The notes under the pieces: generated by a model
The model's input: the letters and a program-made list of their open reading frames with translations, nothing else
Told to the model about the DNA's origin: nothing
Databases searched by the model: none
Shown: positions 33,740 through 41,317 of the stretch, one piece after another
How positions within the stretch are numbered: position 1 is the stretch's first letter
Layout: every line of letters begins with the position of its first letter
Origin: Gammaproteobacteria bacterium
GTDB lineage: Bacteria > Pseudomonadota > Gammaproteobacteria > UBA4575
Direction of reading: 5' to 3'
DNA length: 64,000 nucleotides
Assembly (NCBI GenBank): GCA_026706595.1
Contig: JAPOYL010000011.1
Span: forward strand, 69,686-133,685
Made by a program: the position numbers and the translations under genes

Positions 33740-34408
33740 ATGGGACTATTTTCACGCAAAAAGAAACCTGCCGAGAAGGTTCGTCTACTCGGTCATCCTG
33801 GACATGCCGATACCTGCAAGAGCCTGTACCTGGGTGCTGAAAAAGGGGTTCAGCTGGATCCCGAACTCATTGACATCCGAAGCGAACAGTATCCAGATGA
33901 GACACTGCGGTCAGTGTCACCTTTTGGCAAGCTTCCTTGCCTGGTTGAGGGAGAGGTGGTCACCTCCGGTATTGCGGCCGTATTGCCTTACCTGGATGTG
34001 CGTGGCGGCGGGCAACCGCTGACACCCCGCAAGGCACAGCATTTGGGCACCCAGAATTACTGGATCGAGGTGGGTGCACAGCAGGTGCAGCCAAGGATCG
34101 AGGCCCTGGTGGATGGCCAGCCTGCAGAGGAAGCCAAAGATGGATTGCAAAAGATCTTTGATGGCATGGATGCACATCTGCAAGGCAAGGAGTGCATAGT
34201 TGGCGCATTTTCCTTTGCAGATGTCCATTGGGTGGCCTACCTGCACCTGTTGCATGTAGCAGGCCAGAACAGCCTCATCGACGAGCGGCCCAACCTGAAA
34301 GCCTGGTTCGAGCATATGAAGGTCCGCAAAGGCAGTCACGGCATTGCCTATACGGCTATGCCGTCGGCAGCGGACATTCAGCGAGGCGGATTTGCGAACG
34401 CCGCCTGA
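33740..34408 (+). CDS. glutathione S-transferase-fold protein, paralog 2
   Basis: GKLPCLVEGEVV.TSGIAAVLPYL, GAFSFADVHW, KAWFEHM. Same architecture as paralogs 1 and 3. Confidence 0.65.
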   Translation: MGLFSRKKKPAEKVRLLGHPGHADTCKSLYLGAEKGVQLDPELIDIRSEQYPDETLRSVSPFGKLPCLVEGEVVTSGIAAVLPYLDVRGGGQPLTPRKAQHLGTQNYWIEVGAQQVQPRIEALVDGQPAEEAKDGLQKIFDGMDAHLQGKECIVGAFSFADVHWVAYLHLLHVAGQNSLIDERPNLKAWFEHMKVRKGSHGIAYTAMPSAADIQRGGFANAA

Positions 34409-34454
34409 ACGGCAGAGCACGTTGGTCTGACACCCCTTTGGAGCCACAACGAAT

Positions 34455-35237
34455 ATGAGTGATTTGTTTGAGTTCGGCCGTGCAGCGGACCCGACGGCGA
34501 GCAGCCAGTACGGGGCAAGCGGCGATATGAAAAAAACCCAGTACGTGCTGCAGCTGCTGGGATTCCCGGGGGATGCGGGAACGCTGAAATGCTTGGTCAC
34601 GGCGGTGGAAGTGGGCATGGAGACTGATTGCGGGATTCTCGATATCACGGCAGGTGCCCATGAGTCGGGTGACTACCTGCAGGTCTCGCCACTAGGCTTG
34701 GTGCCTGCACTCAAGGAAGCCGATTACATCGTCACCGGAGAGTTGGGTATCATGAGCTATATCGAGGCCCGGGGGCTGGGCAAGCGCCTGCCACCCAAGA
34801 ATGCAGGCCTGCTGGCTGCCCAGAACTACTGGGGCGATCTTGCCTGCAGCGAGGCCAAACCGCATGTGGAGTCGATCGTGCAGCAGCGCATTTACGCACC
34901 GATGCAGGGCAAAGACTCTGATGGTGTGGCGGTGGACCAAGCCCGTTCGGGGCTTTCCGCGGTGCTGGATGCCCTGGACGGACAGCTTGCCGGCAAGGAA
35001 TTCATTATCGGAGACTATTCATTCGCTGATATCCACTGGACAGCTTACGTTCATCTCCTGTATGAGGCGGGAGAAGGGGATTTGGTTGATTCCCGCGCCA
35101 ATATCAAGGCCTGGTTTGACCGTATCCGGACACACAAGAGCTATTGCGGGCAGGACATCGTGGCATATGACCTGCTTCCGAAGCTTGAAGGCATAAAAAA
35201 CAAGCAGTTGCACTCGGTGGAAGTGTCAGACTATTGA
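34455..35237 (+). CDS. glutathione S-transferase-fold protein, paralog 3 (with N-terminal ~25-aa extension)
   Basis: LGLVPALKEADYIV.GELGIMSYI, GDYSFADIHW, KAWFDRI. RBS GGAG. Confidence 0.7.
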   Translation: MSDLFEFGRAADPTASSQYGASGDMKKTQYVLQLLGFPGDAGTLKCLVTAVEVGMETDCGILDITAGAHESGDYLQVSPLGLVPALKEADYIVTGELGIMSYIEARGLGKRLPPKNAGLLAAQNYWGDLACSEAKPHVESIVQQRIYAPMQGKDSDGVAVDQARSGLSAVLDALDGQLAGKEFIIGDYSFADIHWTAYVHLLYEAGEGDLVDSRANIKAWFDRIRTHKSYCGQDIVAYDLLPKLEGIKNKQLHSVEVSDY

Positions 35238-35270
35238 TTATCGAGTACCGGTGGGGAAGAATGACGGATC

Positions 35271-35711
35271 ATGTGGGGATCATCTAAAAAACAGGACCGT
35301 CAGATCAAGGGTGTTACCGGTGCCATTACACCTTTTGTCACGGATACGCTGGGCAGGCTGGACCCGGAAGATCTCGAGGAAGCCTCGATCAAGCGCAAGT
35401 ATGCGATTTACTACATCTACGGTGCCGTTTTATACTTGGCCGAGTATGATGACCTGGGCAAGGACGTCAAGGCGGTACTGGTCACCAATATCCTGGGCGA
35501 GCAAATGAGCGTCGATCAGGCGGCGATTGACAAACTGCCGGTGACCGAGGACCATGCAGATGCTGTGAGGGAAACGCAGTTCATGATTGAGGGGGCCAGT
35601 GCACTGCGCAACTGGCTGACCACAGGGGAACGCGAAAAGAACGCCGCGTACCTGAAGGAGTTGCTGGATAACCCGGACTGTATAACCGGGGAGAGTGAAA
35701 CAGAGCACTGA
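35271..35711 (+). CDS. hypothetical acidic soluble protein (146 aa)
   Basis: ORF sits 33 bp after GST paralog 3 and is probably co-transcribed. No motif recognised. Confidence 0.45.
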   Translation: MWGSSKKQDRQIKGVTGAITPFVTDTLGRLDPEDLEEASIKRKYAIYYIYGAVLYLAEYDDLGKDVKAVLVTNILGEQMSVDQAAIDKLPVTEDHADAVRETQFMIEGASALRNWLTTGEREKNAAYLKELLDNPDCITGESETEH

Positions 35712-35808
35712 ATCGATTGAATTTTAGGCAGGCCTGGGTATTCGCATAAATGATATTCAGGCGTTATGATAAGTTTAGCGGCAAAAAACAATTAAAAAGG
35801 AGGCGTGT

Positions 35809-35916
35809 ATGTCTGATGGTGGAGGAAATGATGCCATGGTATTCGTGGTCGCAATGGTCTTCGGCGTTGCTGTGATCGTACTCACGTTATACCTGGCTGG
35901 CTTAATTCCTATGTAA
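35809..35916 (+). CDS. small hydrophobic peptide (35 aa, single TM), not in ORF track
   Basis: atg at 35809 preceded by AAAAGGAGG at a 7-nt spacing. Translation MSDGGGNDAMVFVVAMVFGVAVIVLTLYLAGLIPM, then TAA. Confidence 0.5.
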   Translation: MSDGGGNDAMVFVVAMVFGVAVIVLTLYLAGLIPM

Positions 35917-36605
35917 AAAATGGTTCGGGAGCAGAGGGGCTCCTGATCCGTATTCAATTTGCGAAAGGGGGGTTGCAACTTATCCCAGGCTCGTCAAATC
36001 GGCAGACCTGCCGATTTGACCCGTGGGGGCGCAGCCCGTCTCCCTTTCCCGCCCTATAAATCTTTCAGGTTCTTACAGAAAATCTGCCCGGGATTCAGGT
36101 ACAAATACCCGAGACTTTTCCTTTATGCCTGCATATCTGATCATGTTTTGATCACTTTAGAGGGATGATGGGCTGAAGTCCTGGATCAGGGAGTAAAAAA
36201 ACATCGATTCGTGAGGTACGCCTTCAGGTCATGATTCAGTCTACGGGGTACCATTTGCCTTGATTTCACGGTAATATTCGTTACACTTATATGACAAGTA
36301 CGCAGCACCTATAGTGATCCGACCGAAAGGGGCAGGAATAGGCGGCTGTAGAGACATAAGAATCAGGCTGCTCAAAGCCGCGATAGAGAGGAAAAAGGGG
36401 GATCTGGATTGACACTGACAGCAATATGCAATGCCAGCCTCAATTCAATCTGTACAACTTACTTCTGTCAAAACCAAATCGTCAGCCACCTGTAAATCAT
36501 ACGACTAGCGGCTGACATGAGAATAAGAAATTCAAACAAAATTTTAGTTAGCAAAATTCATCGTAACCAATCAAACAAGACTACTTATAACCGGGAGGGT
36601 AACCA

Positions 36606-38132
36606 ATGAGAGAAGTTTTTAATCGGTGGTTAGCAATTGCGTTGCTGGCATCGCTGGCCATTTCAGGGACTGCCTATGCAGGCCCGTACGGCTACGATCT
36701 GCACAACGTGCTGGCTCCACGTTCAGCGGGTATGGCGGGTACCAGCATTGCCAAGCCTCTGGATAACGTGTCGGCAATCTTTGGTAACCCTGCCGCATTG
36801 ACGGACTGGACGGGAACGGAGTTCACGTTTGGTGCCACTTACTACAAGCCCGAAGTCAGACTGGATCACTCGGGGGCCTTCAATCTTCCGACCTATGCAG
36901 GTTCGGTACCTGATGCTGTCTTTGGTGAATTTGCGGTACCGGGGCATTCTAAAGAAGGAGGTACTGCCATCGTATGCGGTAACCCAAACGCGTTCTGTAT
37001 TCCCGATGCAGCATTTGACGACGCGGTCAACGGCAACGAGGGCTACATCGTACCGCAGGTGGGTGTGACACAGGATCTGCGGCCGCTCGGCTTGCCCGCT
37101 GTACTGGGCGCGGGACTGACCGCTGTTTCTGGTATCGGTGTGGAGTTTCGTCATGTTGAAGAAACCCTGGGACTGGGCGCGGAGTTCATCGTCCTGGGCG
37201 CGAACTTCTCCCTTGGCTGGGAGCTGAATGAGCGGGTATCTATTGGTGGTGCAGCTACGATAACGTATGCCTACTTGGACCTTGGCTTAGCAGCGACTTC
37301 AGGCGTAACTCATGACACCGGCATGCGTGGAACACTAGGCTTGACTTACGAAGATATCTTGCCAGGTACCCGGTTGGGCGTGTTCTACATGACGGAACTA
37401 CAGCATGTGTTTGACGACATTATTGCCGTACCGCCTGATGATTATGCGCCAGCGCAAGGTGACGCATTCGAAGGATATGGTGACGATGCACCGGTTCGCT
37501 ACGCCTCCATTCCTATTGAGGAGCCGCGTACGATTGGTATCGGCATCTCCAATGAGACCTTCATGGACGGCAACCTGCTGGTTGCAGCCGATGTGATGTG
37601 GAAGAACTGGGAAGAGGCCGACTTCTGGGGCGATGTCTACGAGGACCAGATGGTCTACAGCATCGGTGCCCAGATGAAGATGGGCAACTGGCGTTTCCGT
37701 GCCGGGTATGGCTATGCCGATGATCCGACGGATCGAGATGCACAGGGCGTCAAGGGACTACCCTATGTCTGCTCTTCAGCAACGAGATGTAATGTAATCC
37801 CTGTAGGCAGTGGGAATGACAGCATATTGCATCTTGGGCAATCAGTCCTTGAGTACCTGCAGGCTTCACAGACCGAGGTGATCTATCGCCACCGCGCCAC
37901 GCTAGGTGTGGGGTACATGGGCTTCCTGGCTCCGTTCCTGAACATTGACGGCCATGTAGGCGTGCAGTTCAAGGAGCGCAACCACTACAGTGCGGGTCCT
38001 GTCCAGACAGCAGGCGTTGTTAGTGCTAATGGGGTAGACCTAGGTCCTTTTGATGGATCAGCAACAACCACGGCCGCAGATGTCTGGTCTTGGCATGCAG
38101 GCTTTGCTCTGACCTGGAACTTCCAGTACTGA
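36606..38132 (+). CDS. FadL/TodX-family outer-membrane hydrophobic-compound transporter
   Basis: Signal peptide ending AYA. N-terminal hatch motif IFGNPAAL (the NPA motif of FadL/TodX). Alternating beta-strand pattern. C-terminal aromatic WNFQY. Confidence 0.75.
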   Translation: MREVFNRWLAIALLASLAISGTAYAGPYGYDLHNVLAPRSAGMAGTSIAKPLDNVSAIFGNPAALTDWTGTEFTFGATYYKPEVRLDHSGAFNLPTYAGSVPDAVFGEFAVPGHSKEGGTAIVCGNPNAFCIPDAAFDDAVNGNEGYIVPQVGVTQDLRPLGLPAVLGAGLTAVSGIGVEFRHVEETLGLGAEFIVLGANFSLGWELNERVSIGGAATITYAYLDLGLAATSGVTHDTGMRGTLGLTYEDILPGTRLGVFYMTELQHVFDDIIAVPPDDYAPAQGDAFEGYGDDAPVRYASIPIEEPRTIGIGISNETFMDGNLLVAADVMWKNWEEADFWGDVYEDQMVYSIGAQMKMGNWRFRAGYGYADDPTDRDAQGVKGLPYVCSSATRCNVIPVGSGNDSILHLGQSVLEYLQASQTEVIYRHRATLGVGYMGFLAPFLNIDGHVGVQFKERNHYSAGPVQTAGVVSANGVDLGPFDGSATTTAADVWSWHAGFALTWNFQY

Positions 38133-38152
38133 TTAAAGTCAGTAGTCTTTTG

Positions 38153-38187
38153 GAAAAAAGGGGTGGCATATGCCACCCCTTTTTTTG
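38153..38187. terminator. rho-independent terminator (bidirectional)
   Basis: AAAAAA, then GGGGTGGCATATGCCACCCC (a perfect 20-nt palindromic hairpin), then TTTTTTTG. Confidence 0.85.
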
Positions 38188-38327
38188 TTTCTGACCATAT
38201 TCCCAAAAGTTCCATTTGAGAATACAGGGACTAGTCCCTATCAGAGCCTTGTACAGTCCAAATTATTGGAATTTCAAATTTGATCATAGACATGTCATAT
38301 CAGCTTTTTCTAACAACACCCGTTTCA

Positions 38328-38374
38328 TTTCTGTATAATTCATCTGGTTGATCAATCGTTTCTGTATACAGAAA
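38328..38374 (+). promoter_or_regulatory. candidate promoter (-10 TATAAT at 38334-39) plus perfect 16-bp palindromic operator TTTCTGTATACAGAAA (38359-38374)
   Basis: Direct repeat TTTCTGTATA at 38328 and 38359. The second copy forms the perfect palindrome, 52 bp upstream of the precursor ATG. Confidence 0.5.
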
Positions 38375-38426
38375 TTGTGCCTTGCTCCGCAGGACACACA
38401 TAACAATTGTTGGAGGTTTTATAACG

Positions 38427-38807
38427 ATGGATAAGAAACGTCGTGATTTTAATAAGCTGATGGTGGCTGCAGCAGCTGGATTGATGGCTGGAAGCCAGAC
38501 GGTTGCCTTGGCGGGTCACCCGGGCCATGAAGGTTGTCCGAAGCATAGCTGTAAAGGCCAGAATGAATGCAAGGGCAAGGGTGGCTGCAAGTCAAGCGAC
38601 AACGGTTGCGCAGGCAAGAACTCATGCAAGGGCAAGGGTGGTTGTGATCCAGCCCACACGTATGAGAAGCATGCCTGTAAGGGCCAGAATGCCTGCAAAT
38701 GCCAGGGTGGCTGCAAGTCAGGTGACAACGGCTGTGCCGGTAAAAATTCATGTAAAGGCAAGGGTGGCTGCCAGCTTCCAGTTGACCCCAGCCACATGGA
38801 AGGATAA
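38427..38807 (+). CDS. Cys-rich exported precursor-like protein (bufferin/HvfA-like, DUF2282-type), 126 aa, 13 Cys
   Basis: GGAGG RBS. Twin-arginine signal KRRDFNKLMVAAAAGLMAGSQTVALA. Two 34-aa repeats, each with 6 Cys in a CKGQNxCKGKGGCKSxDNGCAGKNSCKGKGGC pattern. Immediately upstream of a DUF692/DUF2063 pair. Confidence 0.75.
   Translation: MDKKRRDFNKLMVAAAAGLMAGSQTVALAGHPGHEGCPKHSCKGQNECKGKGGCKSSDNGCAGKNSCKGKGGCDPAHTYEKHACKGQNACKCQGGCKSGDNGCAGKNSCKGKGGCQLPVDPSHMEG
38544..38771 (+). repeat. tandem intragenic repeat (2 units of ~102 nt, period ~126 nt) encoding the 6-Cys modules
   Basis: Near-identical nucleotide blocks (tgcaagggcaagggtggctgcaagtca...). They explain the overlapping repetitive ORF-track translations at 38503-38835 on both strands. 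Confidence 0.8.
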
Positions 38808-38967
38808 GCAGTACCTAGCAACTCACTTGTTGTAAAGTTCTGACATTTCCAAAAACGGTTTGAGCATCAACAGGGCTACCGAGTACGGTATGCCCTGTTG
38901 ATTGCTTGAATCCTTTCTCTACTGGTAACATGCTTACCAGGCAAATCTGATTCACAAGGTGGTTTCT

Positions 38968-39819
38968 GTGTCTGTAAAAAACCGCTGGAACTTCCCTGAC
39001 CTTGGACTTGGAATCGGGCTTCGCACAGTCCATTTCAATCACGTTCTTGAACACTGGCCCAAGGTGGACTGGTTCGAGATCCTGTCCGAGAATTTCATGA
39101 ACACGGAAGGAAATCCCGTACGTGTGCTGGACCAGATTGCAGAACGCTACCCGATTGTCATGCACGGGGTTTCCATGTCGATCGGCAGCACGGACCCCAT
39201 CGATTTTGACTACTTCACAAGGCTGAAGGCCCTGGCCGAACGGGTGAACGCCCACTGGCTTGGAGACCATGTCTGCTGGACCGGGGTGCATGGGAAAAAC
39301 GGCCACGACCTCTATCCGCTGCCCTACAATGAGGAATCCTTGGCCTTTCTAGTGGACAGGATACGCACCGTCCAGGATTTCCTGGAGCGTCCCCTGATCC
39401 TGGAGAACCCCTCGACCTACCTGGCCTTTGCAAATTCCACCATGCCCGAAGAGGAATTCCTGGCCCGCATGGCCGAGGAGTCGGACTGCGGACTGCTGCT
39501 GGACGTCAACAACGTCTATGTCACCTGCCGCAACCACGGACTGGATTCCATGGCTTATCTGGATGCGCTCCCCTATGACCGGGTGGTGCAGATTCATCTG
39601 GCCGGGCATACCGACAAGGGTACGCACTGCATCGACACGCACAACGGCCGGGTCATTGACCCGGTGTGGGACCTGTATGCCGAGGTTCAGCGCCGCGCCG
39701 GAAACCGTGCCACGTTGATTGAGTGGGATGCCGACATTCCTTCGTTTGAAGAGGTCCATGCCGAGGTTCTGAAGGCGGCGCAATTCCGCCAGATGACCGA
39801 ACTGCGCCATGCCTCGTGA
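38968..39819 (+). CDS. DUF692 family protein (MbnB/BufB/HvfB-like multinuclear-iron TIM-barrel enzyme)
   Basis: Xylose-isomerase-like TIM barrel with conserved His/Asp/Glu ligand pattern (HGVSMSIGS..., HVCWTG, ENPSTY, QIHLAGH, LIEWD). GTG start with AAGGTGG RBS. The track ORF starts 9 nt upstream. Confidence 0.8.
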   Translation: MSVKNRWNFPDLGLGIGLRTVHFNHVLEHWPKVDWFEILSENFMNTEGNPVRVLDQIAERYPIVMHGVSMSIGSTDPIDFDYFTRLKALAERVNAHWLGDHVCWTGVHGKNGHDLYPLPYNEESLAFLVDRIRTVQDFLERPLILENPSTYLAFANSTMPEEEFLARMAEESDCGLLLDVNNVYVTCRNHGLDSMAYLDALPYDRVVQIHLAGHTDKGTHCIDTHNGRVIDPVWDLYAEVQRRAGNRATLIEWDADIPSFEEVHAEVLKAAQFRQMTELRHAS

Positions 39820-40663
39820 CGACTCGCGGCTGGAAAGCCTCGAGCAATGGATGTATTTGGTCGTAAGCCACCCTGAGGGTGCCAAGGCCGGAGTCGAAGC
39901 AAGTTCCAAGCTGGATAGTGACGCGGCACACGACCTTGAACAAACCGTCCTGCCTTCCGATAAACTGACTCCGCTGGAGTGCGTCTCGGTCTATGCCGAC
40001 ATGTACTTCTGGCGATTTATCGAGATTATGGCCGGGGAATACCCGACCGTGCAGCACATCCTTGGAGAGGAGTTGTTCAACCAAGTAGTCAGGGATTACA
40101 TTGCACATCATCCCTCGACGCACTACAACCTGAATCGCCTGAGCATCAAGTTCCCGCATTACCTGGAAAAGGAGGTCACGGATCTTCCGCACCAGCCTTT
40201 TGTGGTTGCAATCGCCACGGTTGAACGTGTCATGGAGGATGCCTTCGATGACCCGCATCGGGAGAAGATCTCCCCGGAGGCTATCCAGAGCATCCCGGGG
40301 GAGCAATGGGGCGACATCCGGCTGCAGTTCAACCCGGCCCTGTATCTACTGGAACTGGATTATCCGGTCAATGACTATATGACGGCGGTGAATGAAAACC
40401 GCCATATGGACATCCCGCAGGCCGATAAGACATTTGTCGTGGTGTATCGTTGCGATTACACGGTCTGGCGTGAAGACCTGGACTATGAAAGCTACCTGCT
40501 GTTATCGCGGCTTAAGGACGGGGAGTCCTTGGGTGAAGCCCTAGAGAGTTGCACCCTGCAAGAAGGTGTTGACGCCGACAAGATTACGGCCAGCTTGGGT
40601 GAGTGGTTTCAGCGATGGACTGCCCAGGAATTCTTCTGCGGTCTTGAAATCGATTCTGATTGA
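39809..40663 (+). CDS. DUF2063 family protein (MbnC/BufC/HvfC-like partner)
   Basis: Overlaps the DUF692 stop by 11 nt, suggesting translational coupling. About 280 aa, consistent with the obligate DUF692-DUF2063 pairing. Confidence 0.7.
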   Translation: MPRDDSRLESLEQWMYLVVSHPEGAKAGVEASSKLDSDAAHDLEQTVLPSDKLTPLECVSVYADMYFWRFIEIMAGEYPTVQHILGEELFNQVVRDYIAHHPSTHYNLNRLSIKFPHYLEKEVTDLPHQPFVVAIATVERVMEDAFDDPHREKISPEAIQSIPGEQWGDIRLQFNPALYLLELDYPVNDYMTAVNENRHMDIPQADKTFVVVYRCDYTVWREDLDYESYLLLSRLKDGESLGEALESCTLQEGVDADKITASLGEWFQRWTAQEFFCGLEIDSD

Positions 40664-40776
40664 CTCCAGCCTGAACCTGTAAAAGATGTAAGGGCCAAGA
40701 ATGGCCTGAGCCTGATAGGTGGTCGAAGTGCAAGCCCACCAGAGGCTACTAGTTGGGGTCAGTAGAGTTCGGTGTG

Positions 40777-41106
40777 TTATGGGATGCAGCGAAAGACCGC
40801 AAAGGTCTGCTGCCCGCGATCCACTTTCGACATCGGTACGACCGTGTCACCGCCCATATGGATTGCACTGTTGCGTGCCAGACGCTGTAACTGGTGTGCA
40901 ATCGTGGAAGGACTTTTGGGTACGAGACCCAAGTATTTCTCGCCGATACTGACCGTTGCCCCGCCATTTTTCTGGCAGTTTTTTACATCATCGGGGCTTA
41001 GCACGCGTGCTTTTTCCCCTTCAATGGTCAGTTCGATGGTTTCACAGGAGGCCAGGACAAATAAGGTCGCAGTTACCAGGACTGCAATTCGAAGTTTGGA
41101 AATCAT
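40777..41106 (-). CDS. small lipoprotein (109 aa), unknown function (RcsF-like size and Cys pattern)
   Basis: Signal peptide with lipobox LASC. No reliable family assignment. Confidence 0.5.
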   Translation of the reverse strand: MISKLRIAVLVTATLFVLASCETIELTIEGEKARVLSPDDVKNCQKNGGATVSIGEKYLGLVPKSPSTIAHQLQRLARNSAIHMGGDTVVPMSKVDRGQQTFAVFRCIP

Positions 41107-41317
41107 GGCCGATTCAGTTGTGGGTCGGTATGGATGTGTCGCCGATCTGTTACCTTCAGACCCCGCAAATGGTACAGGAATATGTATAAAAAATACAGAA
41201 CCGTTCCTGAAGTGTAGTGTCTAGCTGACCAAAATTATGAGGGCGCCGGCGTTGCTTGTTTTGGGCTTGAGTTTACTTTCTTCTGACGTGTACCGGCCCG
41301 CCAAGTATTCCTTTGCA

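Noticed and set aside
30715-38132. Looked for rubredoxin (CxxC...CPxCG, about 55 aa), rubredoxin reductase or an AlkS/AraC regulator accompanying the AlkB-like gene.
   Set aside because: None is present. The small ORFs found are hydrophobic peptides without Cys pairs. The absence is itself reported as a finding.
38359-38374. CTGTATACAG palindrome considered as a LexA/SOS box.
   Set aside because: The gammaproteobacterial LexA box is CTGT-N8-ACAG. Here the half-sites are separated by only 2 nt. It is reported instead as an operator for an unknown regulator.
38503-38835. Cluster of overlapping ORFs on both strands with repetitive Cys/Pro/His-rich translations. Considered a CRISPR-like or tandem repeat array.
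   Set aside because: The periodicity comes from the intragenic tandem duplication inside the Cys-rich precursor gene (38427-38807), with no spacer/repeat architecture and no cas genes. The alternative-frame and antisense ORFs are artefacts.
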